This document shows, in pieces, positions 1 to 11,417 of a stretch of DNA of 64,000 nt. The first letter of the stretch is position 1; each line of letters starts with the position of its first letter. The notes under the pieces are model-generated. The model was not told the origin of the DNA and did no database searches. It saw nothing but the letters and a program-made list of their open reading frames with translations. This stretch comes from Minisyncoccota bacterium (GTDB lineage Bacteria; Patescibacteriota; Minisyncoccia; Phycocordibacterales; JABAAK01). Both the position numbers and the translations under genes were made by a program. The stretch covers positions 594,026 to 658,025 of the forward strand of contig OY282360.1 in NCBI GenBank assembly GCA_958295675.1. The letters run 5' to 3'.

Positions 1-119
1 CCGTTCCGATAGTCACTTCTTTTTCGTACTGAAACGATAAAAGTACCCTCACCATCAGCAAAACCGGCTATATAATAGCCGAGCGCTGACGGAATGGTTT
101 TGATGTGACTATTGGACAT
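1..119 (-). CDS. Intron-encoded LAGLIDADG homing endonuclease (N-terminus, truncated by window edge)
   Basis: Manual translation from ATG at 119: MSNSHIKTIPSALGYYIAGFADGEGTFIVSVRKRSDYRN; YIAGFADGEG is a LAGLIDADG motif. Not in the ORF track. Confidence 0.9.
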   Translation of the reverse strand, partial: MSNSHIKTIPSALGYYIAGFADGEGTFIVSVRKRSDYRN

Positions 120-283
120 AAGACATTACCTGCTGATTGTCTGCTCACTATACATTGTTACTGTTCAGTATACAACCGAACGAGTAGTATAGTTTCATTC
201 TTCCGCATACTTTCTAAAAAGTATGCAGCCAGAGTTTCCAGCATATAGCGGAATTTTTTAACGTAACTACAATGATCCATTTT
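1..283 (-). mobile_element. Group I intron (5' part) in 23S rRNA at E. coli-equivalent position L1917
   Basis: On the minus strand the 23S consensus breaks right after CGGCCGTAACTAT. The exon end CGTAACTAT pairs with intron GTAGTTACG (262-270), giving a P1 helix with a U-G pair at the splice site. P-like TATGCTGGAAA and Q-like AATCAGCAGG elements follow. Runs off the window. Confidence 0.9.
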
Positions 284-2269
<1,986 letters not shown>

Positions 2270-2766
2270 GAGAAATTAATAACCGCCCTGTATTTTTTCA
2301 CCATATTCTGATGAACGAATTGCCCATGCTTATTGCAATAGTTAATTGTTAAACGAACAGGATGAAAAAGAAAAAAGCGCCTCAACAAGGGCGCGATATA
2401 CATACAACTATAACAACACCCTATGGCTTTCGTTTCTTATTTTTAATATTCTTTTTCACACAATTAGTATACCTGAACACACGATAAAAACACAAGAGTA
2501 CAGCAGGTGCATAACATGTGGATAAGAAAACAAAAATTGTAACATTCAAATGTAAAAAATATATGCGCATAGATTTATACAATACATCTATATAAAACAC
2601 AATGTAAAAAATTATTATATAATATTTTTTAAAACACAAAACTATTTCATAATATATTATATTATTGTCAATAGTATTGAGATATACTGTATTGTATGGT
2701 ATGATAATAAACGGGCAAGCTCAGTTGAGCTTTTCATTCATTAACCCAAAACCCAAGGAGAGAGCG

Positions 2767-3324
2767 ATGAAAAAGAATGCAATTGTTCTTGTATCAATTG
2801 CTGCGATCCTGCTGTTTGCTCGGAGTGTGGTAGCGCAGGATGACAATCGCGGTGCATACTTTGAGGTAAGTTACGGCATACCATCAGAAACCGGTCAAGA
2901 ACCGTTTGACAAAAAGCGGATGGTCTATACCGCTGGTGTCCGATTCACAAGGAACTTCGGGCTTGAGACATCCGTGATCAAGCAGGACGGCGAGGAGTGT
3001 GACGGGTGTGCTACCTATTTTTCGGCAGAAATGATCGGTGCGAAACTGTTCATACCGGTAGGATCGTCAGAAACCACTGAAATTGTCGGCACAATCTCGG
3101 CAGGTACCTACGATTTGAGGAAGGACAACGGGAAAATAGGTCGGCAAGAAGAAGACGGCACTGCCGCTATGGCCAAAGTTGCGGTGGTGAAACGATTCCT
3201 CAATGACCAAGAAAACAAATCAGCAAATCTCGGCTTTGAAGTATCTCACGTACGCATTGTCAGTGGAGATACGGAAGATGTGGGCGGCACAACCGTCGGA
3301 CTGAATGTTGGTTTTGAATTCTAA
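2767..3324 (+). CDS. Secreted 8-stranded outer-membrane-type beta-barrel protein (OmpA/OmpW-like topology)
   Basis: SD AAGGAG before ATG 2767; Sec signal peptide ending VVA-QDD; about 8 alternating amphipathic strands; C-terminus GLNVGFEF with terminal Phe. Confidence 0.75.
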   Translation: MKKNAIVLVSIAAILLFARSVVAQDDNRGAYFEVSYGIPSETGQEPFDKKRMVYTAGVRFTRNFGLETSVIKQDGEECDGCATYFSAEMIGAKLFIPVGSSETTEIVGTISAGTYDLRKDNGKIGRQEEDGTAAMAKVAVVKRFLNDQENKSANLGFEVSHVRIVSGDTEDVGGTTVGLNVGFEF

Positions 3325-3349
3325 CCGACAATAGCATCTCAATCACGAC

Positions 3350-3382
3350 AGAGAACCCTGTAGTTTCGGGTTCTCTTTTTTT
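3350..3382 (+). terminator. Intrinsic terminator
   Basis: AGAGAACCC..GGGTTCTCT followed by a T-tract. Confidence 0.8.
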
Positions 3383-3550
3383 ATGTACATATATTTTTAT
3401 ATACTAAAAATAAAATATGTCAACTTACTGGTGCACTGTACAACCCTATATCACACTCTTTGCAAAGAGCATAACTTGTGCTACACTACAAGTCAGGTGA
3501 TCATTGCAAAAGGATCATCAACACTCACACCACCAGCCAAGGAGCTTGGG

Positions 3551-4123
3551 ATGAAAGCACTAGCATTGATCACGACCATCGGAATGATGGTGTTTACCAC
3601 AACAACCGCATCGGCACAAGATGACCGGCGAGGTTCGTTCTCCGTGCATGCCGGCACCACGGTTGCCAGCATTGACGGCGATGCGCCGTTCAACGGCTCC
3701 GGCTATACGGTCGGCGTTGGCTACAATGTCACCGAGAACATCGCAGTCGGCGCGTCGTACACCAACAGGGAGGGCAAAGACAAGTGCGCGGCGAACTCCT
3801 CGCAGAAATGCGACACTGACATGCAGGACATCCGAGTTGGTGTGCAATACACCAAACGGATGCAGAGCATTGATGTGTACGGAGGCGTTGAAGCCGGTCA
3901 ATACCGATTGAAGGGCGGCCGTATCGCCACATCCGACGAGGAAGAGGGGATTGTCGGCGGTCTCAAAGTCGGCGTCGCCAAGGAGTTCTACATCGGCGGC
4001 GGCGATACGACCCTGATGGTCGCTCTTGAAACCAGCTACCAACGCCTCCTGAGCGGCGATATGTACGCCGATGAGGATGCGGACAGTTTGGGTGTCGGAG
4101 TCAAGGTCGGAACTCGATTCTAG
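3551..4123 (+). CDS. Second 8-stranded outer-membrane-type beta-barrel protein (paralogue of the upstream gene)
   Basis: SD AAGGAG; signal peptide ending ASA-QDD; amphipathic strands (GYTVGVGYNV, IDVYGGVEAG, LGVGVKVGTRF); terminal Phe; shares the QDD-x-RG mature N-terminus and a loop Cys pair with 2767..3324. Confidence 0.78.
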   Translation: MKALALITTIGMMVFTTTTASAQDDRRGSFSVHAGTTVASIDGDAPFNGSGYTVGVGYNVTENIAVGASYTNREGKDKCAANSSQKCDTDMQDIRVGVQYTKRMQSIDVYGGVEAGQYRLKGGRIATSDEEEGIVGGLKVGVAKEFYIGGGDTTLMVALETSYQRLLSGDMYADEDADSLGVGVKVGTRF

Positions 4124-4153
4124 TCGCCCGGCTTCAGCAGCGGCAAAGCATCC

Positions 4154-4185
4154 AAGAACCCCACATACTGTGGGGTTCTTTTTTT
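4154..4185 (+). terminator. Intrinsic terminator
   Basis: AAGAACCCCACA..TGTGGGGTTCTT plus T-tract. Confidence 0.85.
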
Positions 4186-4207
4186 ATCTTTCGTAGTATC
4201 CACATCT

Positions 4208-5290
4208 CTATCCGACACGGAAAATGATTACATCACCATCCTGCACAACATACCCTCTGCCTTCTAAACGAAGCAATCCTGCCGAACGAGCCGCGGTATA
4301 TGACCCTGCTTTTACAAGCGCATCCCAGGTGATAACCTCAGCCCGAATAAAGTTTTTTTCAAAATCCGTGTGTATGGCGCGAGCGGCACGCAATATAGAA
4401 GAATGCCGAGGGACCGTCCATGCTCTGGTTTCTTTCTCACCGGTGGTAAAAAACGACATAAGATCCAATGTGCGATACGCCGACCGGATAACATGATCAA
4501 TACCGCCGCCTTCAACAGTCAATTCCCTACGCATTTCCCGCGCTTCTTGATCGTCCAATTGCGATAACTCTTCTTCGGATCGCACAGAAATCTCAACAAC
4601 ATCACTCTCTGTCTTTTCCGCTATCTTCCGAACTTCAACAACTGATTGTTTTTCATACTCGGTGCCGATATTGCACACATATACCACCGGCTTGATGGTA
4701 AGAAAGCCGAGCGAGTATAACATGCGTTTCGTTGAATTGTCCGATGACAGTGATGAAACGGATTGCCCGCTTGATACTGTCTCAAGCGCGCTGCGCAACA
4801 ATTCCTTTTCCGCAACCGCGTCCGCATTTCCCCGCTTCACTTCCTTTTCTATTTTCTCAAGCCGGCGCTGCGCGAGCTGCGCGTCAGCAAGCAATAGCTC
4901 CGTGTGTATAACTTCAATATCACGAGCGGGATTCACCGCGCCGTCCACATGAATAATGGAATCATCTATAAAACAACGCACGACATGAGCGATGGCATCT
5001 GTTCCGCGTATATGCGAAAGAAAAGCATTTCCGAGACCTTCTCCCTGTGCCGCGCCGCGGACAAGTCCCGCAATATCAACAAATTCAACAACGGCAGGAA
5101 TTTTTTTCAGCGAACCAGAAAGCGCGGCAAGTTGTTCCAGCCGATCATCAGGCACTGATACCAAACCAACTGAAGGATCAATCGTACAGAACGGAAAATT
5201 TTCTGCCGGCACTGTTTTTTTCGTGAGTGCGTTAAATAAGGTACTCTTTCCCGCATTCGGCAAACCAACAATCCCTATAGAGATATTCAT
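4208..5290 (-). CDS. ychF: Redox-regulated ATPase YchF
   Basis: GIVGLPNAGKST, NFPFCTIDP, DIAGLV and TGS-domain IHTDF/FIRAEV motifs; start set at MNISIG. Confidence 0.96.
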   Translation of the reverse strand: MNISIGIVGLPNAGKSTLFNALTKKTVPAENFPFCTIDPSVGLVSVPDDRLEQLAALSGSLKKIPAVVEFVDIAGLVRGAAQGEGLGNAFLSHIRGTDAIAHVVRCFIDDSIIHVDGAVNPARDIEVIHTELLLADAQLAQRRLEKIEKEVKRGNADAVAEKELLRSALETVSSGQSVSSLSSDNSTKRMLYSLGFLTIKPVVYVCNIGTEYEKQSVVEVRKIAEKTESDVVEISVRSEEELSQLDDQEAREMRRELTVEGGGIDHVIRSAYRTLDLMSFFTTGEKETRAWTVPRHSSILRAARAIHTDFEKNFIRAEVITWDALVKAGSYTAARSAGLLRLEGRGYVVQDGDVIIFRVG

Positions 5291-5300
5291 ACGCAACGCT

Positions 5301-5885
5301 CTATGAGATATCTTGTAACGCCATCTTTTCAACACGATGCAGCCAGCTCTTTATTTTTTTCTCAGAAGCGTTGCGCGTTGCACCGAAATTCGTCACCAGC
5401 ACTGAGCGCACGCCGCATACTTTCAATATTCCCTTTGACAGTTCATTGGTATATGAGCCGATGAGACACCACAACAGCAAAGGATGCGCGGAACCGACAA
5501 TATTAATTATTCTCGCGGTCTTCTGTTTAAAAAGCGGCTTGAATGTATTGTTCTCAAATTTAAACGCAAAACCGGGAAGAAAACAGCGGTCAAAAATACC
5601 TTTCATCTTTGCCGGCATAGTACTCCACCAATTCGGATACACGAATACGAGGTGATCGGCCCAGGTAACTGCTTCCTGAAACGCGACCAAATCCGGCTCA
5701 AGTTCCTGGATTTCTTCATACCCGTTATGCAGCACAGGGTCAAAGTCCATTTCGTCTATATTGAAACGCCGTACCTCCGCACCCGCATCTTTCGCCACTT
5801 TCTCGTACACATCACCGCAGGAATAAGAAAGGGATGTTTTCACCGGATTAGCGACTAATAACATAATTTTTTTTCTATCTTTCAT
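5301..5885 (-). CDS. Flavodoxin-like NAD(P)H-dependent oxidoreductase (NAD(P)H:quinone type)
   Basis: FDPVLH, WADHLVFVYPNWWSTMPAKMKGIFDR..PGFAF motifs. Confidence 0.88.
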   Translation of the reverse strand: MKDRKKIMLLVANPVKTSLSYSCGDVYEKVAKDAGAEVRRFNIDEMDFDPVLHNGYEEIQELEPDLVAFQEAVTWADHLVFVYPNWWSTMPAKMKGIFDRCFLPGFAFKFENNTFKPLFKQKTARIINIVGSAHPLLLWCLIGSYTNELSKGILKVCGVRSVLVTNFGATRNASEKKIKSWLHRVEKMALQDIS

Positions 5886-5911
5886 ACAATCATGCCACAC
5901 TCATCTCATCA

Positions 5912-6442
5912 TTATACAGCATTTTGAGAACTATCCGAATGCTCTCGGATAAAAATGCGCCGTAGAACAATGAAGACGATTTGAAAAATAATAATAAATA
6001 ATAAATACCAAACAAACGGCAGGAGAATGGCGGTCAGGACAATATGCGCCGTATACGCGTGATACGATGCCAAAAAATACCAACCGGCGGCAATAACAGG
6101 AGCGGCGTAATCAAGCGGCACTAAATGTCTCGCCATACCGTATGCAAGCAGTGCATTGATGCACAAGATAACGGCTTTTACACCATATTCAACTTGCGCT
6201 TCAAGCACGCCGTCAAAAATGCCGAATATAATAATAAAGAGTACAACAAGCACTGCAAGGAAAATATGAAACAGGCGGATTAAAGTGTATACCGCCTGAA
6301 TCAAACGGTTACCGACACCTTCCTTCGGATACCCATACTTCAGGCATAGTGCATAGGAAATCACCGCGATCGTGGACGCACCGAGTAATACACCGACAAT
6401 ACCGTTTTCAACAATGGTAAGAAAAGTGATGGGAATATCCAT
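5912..6442 (-). CDS. Hypothetical multi-pass membrane protein
   Basis: 176 aa with about 5 hydrophobic segments; operonic with neighbours. Confidence 0.7.
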   Translation of the reverse strand: MDIPITFLTIVENGIVGVLLGASTIAVISYALCLKYGYPKEGVGNRLIQAVYTLIRLFHIFLAVLVVLFIIIFGIFDGVLEAQVEYGVKAVILCINALLAYGMARHLVPLDYAAPVIAAGWYFLASYHAYTAHIVLTAILLPFVWYLLFIIIFQIVFIVLRRIFIREHSDSSQNAV

Positions 6443-6448
6443 ACGAAA

Positions 6449-6697
6449 CTATGATGTTGTATTTTGTACTTTTGCCATAAGCTTCTGCATTTCCGGCTGA
6501 TGCTTTTTCATAACAGCCATAGCGGCGAGCATTTCATCCTGCCCCTGATCCTTCTTCTCTTTAATTTCCTTAGCTAGCCGCTCAAAAAACTCAGGATCCT
6601 CGTCAAACATTTTTATAAATATAGCCCTCTGACTCTCGGGCAAATTCTTCAACTGCCGATCCAGCATTTTGCGCGCAAGAAAATTCTTCATTCCCAT
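6449..6697 (-). CDS. Small helical hypothetical protein
   Basis: 82-aa ORF preceded by an extended -10 (TGGTATATT). Confidence 0.7.
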   Translation of the reverse strand: MGMKNFLARKMLDRQLKNLPESQRAIFIKMFDEDPEFFERLAKEIKEKKDQGQDEMLAAMAVMKKHQPEMQKLMAKVQNTTS

Positions 6698-6770
6698 ACA
6701 TCAATAATATACCACACAGATAAACGGTATGGCAAAAGAATATGCACTAATGCTATACTAACAGGCATTG

Positions 6771-6844
6771 GGGCCCGTAGCTCAGTTGGCTAGAGCGCCG
6801 GTTTTGCAATCCGGAGGTCGCAGGTTCAAGTCCTGTCGGGTCCA
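6771..6844 (+). tRNA. tRNA-Ala(TGC)
   Basis: GGGCCCG/CGGGTCC acceptor stem with G3-U70, anticodon TGC, GTTCAAGTC T-loop. Confidence 0.95.
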
Positions 6845-7140
6845 CCCAAGAGTACAGACGGTACCCACTCGCTCTCGCTCGTGTGTCGCTTTACAGAGAC
6901 GCGCCGTTTCGGCGCGTCATACATAGCCCGCCACGCATTGCGCGGTAAAAAACGGACGGACTGACCGCGCAGTACGCGGTTCAAACCGACCTTTCTGAAA
7001 AAATCTGCCGGAATGGCAGGATCGGTGCCTTCCAGTGCGTTTTGTGCCATCGTTGCTTGGTTAAGTATGGAAAGAGCGGGTTCAAACCACGAAGCACCGC
7101 CGTCCGAATCACTCCGCCTACGCCGGACTCGTACTTCACA
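6826..7140 (-). pseudogene. Possible C-terminal remnant of a site-specific (serine) recombinase reading into tRNA-Ala
   Basis: Frame reads WFEPALSILNQATMAQ...FFRKVGLNRVLRGQSVRFLPRNAW and ends antisense inside the tRNA 3' end; no catalytic N-terminus. Resemblance recalled, not searched. Confidence 0.4.
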
Positions 7141-7239
7141 AGCTCAATACCAGCCCTCCGCTCGCTCCGCTCCTGCGCCAATCACCGCCGACGGGATTCT
7201 TTTTTTCACTACAAAGATTTTTCAATATTTTTCTCCGTG

Positions 7240-7310
7240 CTGCCGGGCAGGGATTCGAACCCCGGTTACTTGGGCCAGAACCAAGCGTCCTACCACTAGA
7301 CGACCCGGCA
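7240..7310 (-). tRNA. tRNA-Gln(CTG)
   Basis: Minus strand TGCCGGGTCGTCTAGTGGTAGGAC..CTTGG-TTCTGGC-CCAAG..GGTTCGAATCC. Confidence 0.95.
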
Positions 7311-7528
7311 TATTGTTAATCAACAGAAATATACATTCTATTGTACAATCTCCAGTGCAACACAACAACCGCCGATTGTTCGGCGGTTGTTGCTCCTAGG
7401 GTTGACGTCCTTTTTTACCCTATTACACACAGCATACCATAAAAATAAAAACAAACGCACAATGTGTATACAACAAAAAACATCACTGTTTGCAATAAAA
7501 AATTAGTTATCATATACTCATATTCATT

Positions 7529-8260
7529 ATGTATATTGTGCGCAAAGAAATTGGTGAAACACCGTTAGCGTGTGTGCAGCGATTGTTTCCGGACAAAAAG
7601 AAAAAATATACTTACGCCGGTCGACTTGATCCGATGGCGGAAGGATTGCTGCTTGTGCTGGAAGGGGAAGAATGCAAAGATGCAAAAAAATATTTTGATG
7701 AGGAAAAAACATACAAGTATTCATTTGCGGTCGGTATCGCAACCGATACCTATGATTGTTTGGGCAGAATTGTTAAGCATGCACACATCAACGAAAATAT
7801 CCGCGGGAAAGTTCATGAAGCAATTCAAAAACTTAACGGTGATATCACGCTTCCCTATCCGCCATACTCATCAAAAACAGTGAACGGTGTTCCGCTGTTC
7901 GCGCACGCGAGAAACAATACACTGCAAAAAATACTACTGCCCGAACGAATAATGAAAATAAACGAGCATATATTGACAGACGAGGAGATCTCTACAGTCA
8001 ATATTGTAAGAAAAAAGGTCACACGAGATATTAAACTGGTGCGGGGTGATTTCCGTCAGGAAGAAATATGTGCTGATTGGCGGACGGTTGGTGATAGGTC
8101 AATCCGGGTTTTTTCAGCAGTTTTGCGCGGAAATGCCGGGGTGTATATCCGCGCTGTGGTCAATGAAATCGGCAGACAAATCGGATATCCGACCGTTACT
8201 ACTGCAATCCGAAGAACAAAAATCGGTAGATGGACACAGAGTGATGTTTACGGCCAGTAA
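7529..8260 (+). CDS. truB: tRNA pseudouridine synthase B-like protein
   Basis: YAGRLDPMAEGLL, TDTYD, PPYSS and GVYIR motifs. Confidence 0.85.
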   Translation: MYIVRKEIGETPLACVQRLFPDKKKKYTYAGRLDPMAEGLLLVLEGEECKDAKKYFDEEKTYKYSFAVGIATDTYDCLGRIVKHAHINENIRGKVHEAIQKLNGDITLPYPPYSSKTVNGVPLFAHARNNTLQKILLPERIMKINEHILTDEEISTVNIVRKKVTRDIKLVRGDFRQEEICADWRTVGDRSIRVFSAVLRGNAGVYIRAVVNEIGRQIGYPTVTTAIRRTKIGRWTQSDVYGQ

Positions 8261-8913
8261 TCCCTTGCTTTCGGATATATTGAAATGAGCGGATCCTGCT
8301 CGTGCAGTTCCTTCTTGCCGCGCGGATTGCCGTGTGTCCTGCCATAGTCAATAACGAAATATGAGAATCGGTACCAATCTTTTTTCGGCACAACTGCCAT
8401 CAAATCCTTTTCTATACGAACCGCATCTTTGTAATCAGTAAGATCAAAACGGCGCGCGAAACGAATCATATGCGTATCAACGGTAATACCGACTGTCACA
8501 TCAAAAAGCGTGCCGAGCAGTACATTAGCGGTCTTGCGGGCAACACCGGGAATGGTGAGCATATCTTCCATTGTCTTCGGCAGTTTGCCGCCAAAATCAG
8601 CAAGAATTTTTTTTGCCGCCGCCTGAATATTTTTCGCTTTATTTTTATAGTAAAGAACTGAGCTGACGGCTTCCTGCAGTTCTTTGAGATCAGCATCAGC
8701 AAAATCCTGCATGGTTCTATACCGACTGAAAAGTACAGGTATAATCTCATTCACCTTTTTATCAGTTGATTGCGCGGAAAGTTGCACAGCAACCAGAAGC
8801 TGCCAATGTGTCCGGTATGTAAGCGCAAGTTTCGCATCCGGAAATGTTTTCCTAAGAATTTTGATGAGACGCAATACCCGCTCCTGCCGCTCTTTTTGTT
8901 TTTTTGGTGTCAT
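8248..8913 (-). CDS. nth: Endonuclease III (HhH-GPD)
   Basis: LLVAVQLSAQSTD, IPGVARKTANV and VDTH motifs; the C-terminal 4Fe-4S Cys motif is absent. Confidence 0.92.
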   Translation of the reverse strand: MTPKKQKERQERVLRLIKILRKTFPDAKLALTYRTHWQLLVAVQLSAQSTDKKVNEIIPVLFSRYRTMQDFADADLKELQEAVSSVLYYKNKAKNIQAAAKKILADFGGKLPKTMEDMLTIPGVARKTANVLLGTLFDVTVGITVDTHMIRFARRFDLTDYKDAVRIEKDLMAVVPKKDWYRFSYFVIDYGRTHGNPRGKKELHEQDPLISIYPKARDYWP

Positions 8914-8985
8914 CGGTATACAGTATACAAAAAACATATAACCCCGCCAAGAGGATTTTGTATGCGTATGCAAAAGTGTTCCAGA

Positions 8986-9192
8986 TTACCGGTTCTTCAT
9001 CATTACCAGCACAACAACAGCGGACACACCAACGACAATGTAAATGACATCACCTATAATCGGTATGTTCAGCAAATCCAAAGAAAGCCATTCAACAAGA
9101 TCAAACCTGTTGCCAAGCACACTTGTCACACCGACCAATCCCCAATTCAGCGCGCCGATCAGGGTAAGTATCATTGCAATGTGATATATCAT
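8986..9192 (-). CDS. DUF378-like small membrane protein
   Basis: IGALNWGLVG...FDLV...IYIVVGVSAV signature. Confidence 0.85.
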   Translation of the reverse strand: MIYHIAMILTLIGALNWGLVGVTSVLGNRFDLVEWLSLDLLNIPIIGDVIYIVVGVSAVVVLVMMKNR

Positions 9193-9291
9193 ATATAAAA
9201 AAAGAAAACTAATAATATGGATTTATTCCATACAACAACAGCATACATTTCAAACAAAATGAACCGCGTGTTTGTCCACATCGCTGCTGTG

Positions 9292-10218
9292 TTACGATAT
9301 TTGCTGACTTCCCACCAGTGCTTCCACCCGCTTCTCTATAGGCGGATGTGTGTCAAAAAGACGATGCAGACCGAAACCAAGTCCCTCTTTCTTTTTTTTC
9401 TTCCGGTGATCAGAGGTTGCGTATGGATCTGATATGAATAAATGCGCGGTTGCCGAACTTGCGCGGCGCATCGGCTGATGACTCTTCCCTATCTTTTCAA
9501 GCGCGGATGCGAGTCCTTCCGGATAGCGAGTATACACACCGGCGGTTGCATCAGCAAGAAACTCACGCTTGCGAGAAATAGCAAGACGAATGATTGAAAG
9601 CACAATAGGAACAACAAGGTACGCAACTAAAATGGCAATCAGAATAACAAAACCGCCTTCTCTTCTGTCATCACCGCCGAACATAGTCGCGGCATGCAGA
9701 ACGATATCCAGCAAAATAGCTACAATGCCGAACAATACAACCGTAACGGTCATGAGGAGCGTGTCACGGTTTTGGATATGCGCGAGTTCATGCGCGAGCA
9801 CGCCTTCTAACTCCGATTTATCCATCATCTCCAGCAATCCCTTTGTAACAACAATGGCAGAATGTTCAGGACTTCGTCCGGTGGCGAAAGCGTTCGGTGA
9901 CGGATCATCAATAATATACAACTTCGGCATCGGAACGCCGATGCTAATACAAAGGTTTTCCACGATATTCCAGTAATCAAAATACTCTTCACGGGTAATC
10001 GGTTTCGCGCGAGTGAGCCGAATCGCAACCTTATCAGACCGCCAATATGCGGTGATATTTATGGCTATAGCAACAGCAACGACGATATAAAGAATGAGAG
10101 ATGAATTGAAGTAGTACGATGCAAACCATGCAATTGCGATAACAACAATGAGGAAAATACTCATCAGAAAGAATGTTCTTCGGACATTGCGTGATTGTTG
10201 TGTGTACAACGATGCCAT
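9292..10218 (-). CDS. htpX: M48 zinc metalloprotease HtpX
   Basis: PNAFATGR, HELAH, SRKREFLAD and THPP motifs. Confidence 0.94.
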   Translation of the reverse strand: MASLYTQQSRNVRRTFFLMSIFLIVVIAIAWFASYYFNSSLILYIVVAVAIAINITAYWRSDKVAIRLTRAKPITREEYFDYWNIVENLCISIGVPMPKLYIIDDPSPNAFATGRSPEHSAIVVTKGLLEMMDKSELEGVLAHELAHIQNRDTLLMTVTVVLFGIVAILLDIVLHAATMFGGDDRREGGFVILIAILVAYLVVPIVLSIIRLAISRKREFLADATAGVYTRYPEGLASALEKIGKSHQPMRRASSATAHLFISDPYATSDHRKKKKKEGLGFGLHRLFDTHPPIEKRVEALVGSQQIS

Positions 10219-10245
10219 AAACAAAACGGGTGTATGCGGAACCCG

Positions 10246-10809
10246 TTAAAACTTCACATCAACCGGCTTTTCTGCCTCCTTTTTCTCACTTTCATCAAGT
10301 TCAAAGAATTCTGATTCCGTAAAACGAAACATGCCGGCAATCATATTCTGCGGAAAAACCTGAATTGCAGTATTCAAATCCTGCACAGTTGAATTGAAGA
10401 ACCTGCGTGCCGCCTGAATCTTGTTCTCAGTATCGCTCAACTCCTTCTGCAGTTCAACGAAATTCTGACTCGCTTGCAATTGCGGATAATTTTCCGCGAC
10501 CGCGAAAATTGATTTGAGCGCGTCAGTCAGCATATTCTCAGCCATACCCTGTTCCTGCACACCGCTCGCCTGAAGCGCTTTGGTACGCATCTCAGTAACC
10601 CGCTCAAATGTCTCTCTCTCGTGTTTCGCATATCCTTTCACCGTATTAACAAGATTTGGAATAAGATCATAACGGCGTTTAAGCTGCACATCAATATCCG
10701 ACCACGCCTCATCTTTTCTGTTGCGCATACCTACCAGCCGGTTGTATATAATAACAACACCGAGTGCCAAAACAATAAACACTCCTATAGCAATGTATAT
10801 AATAGCCAT
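10246..10809 (-). CDS. lemA: LemA family protein
   Basis: N-terminal TM segment; WSDIDVQLKRRYDLIPNLV and AENYPQL motifs. Confidence 0.95.
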   Translation of the reverse strand: MAIIYIAIGVFIVLALGVVIIYNRLVGMRNRKDEAWSDIDVQLKRRYDLIPNLVNTVKGYAKHERETFERVTEMRTKALQASGVQEQGMAENMLTDALKSIFAVAENYPQLQASQNFVELQKELSDTENKIQAARRFFNSTVQDLNTAIQVFPQNMIAGMFRFTESEFFELDESEKKEAEKPVDVKF

Positions 10810-10886
10810 GAATAAATTTCTTATGTATATGATAATATTCAAAACAGCCGATGTGCAGTAGTATACCACAAAACACAATAACAATG

Positions 10887-11196
10887 AAAAGAAAAAGGCA
10901 CCCTGTACAGGGTGCCTTGCGATAGATGGATAAGGACGGATGAAACGGGTCCTCCATCACACACAAACAACAACTGTTCGTATGTGAAACCTCGGCGGGG
11001 TGTGACGCTACCGAGGAAACGAGCCCCTTTCCAAAAAATTTGGACACAATGGTCTGTTTGACCATCCGGCACACAGTGTGCGCGCCGTTTCATCCAGAAA
11101 CAGAGAGTATGGTGTTTTCTCCTCCAATATCCAATAGATAGCAAAAGGAGGGAAAATGACCAAGGCACGAAACAAGCACGCCTCACCACCTCTCTA
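10887..11196 (-). ncRNA. Candidate ~310-nt structured RNA (unknown family)
   Basis: Promoter TTGACT-17-TATATT (11230-11202); terminator AAGGCACCCTGTACAGGGTGCCTT plus T-tract (10895-10918); perfect 11-bp long-range stem GGATGAAACGG/CCGTTTCATCC enclosing several hairpins. Confidence 0.55.
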
Positions 11197-11417
11197 CATA
11201 CAATATACCATTTTTATACATAGAAGTCAATACCTTCAAAATGGGGTGTATCCCCTTCAAAATACTCAAAGATAGGGCTGTATATTCCGCAGAGTGTGCC
11301 TTATGTTAGAAAAATATGAGATTGTATACCCTTTTTGAGTGAGTTAAAAACGGAAATTCCGGTAAATTCAGTTTCACTGGGGATTGTGCGTAATATCGTT
11401 TCCACTGATATATGGGT

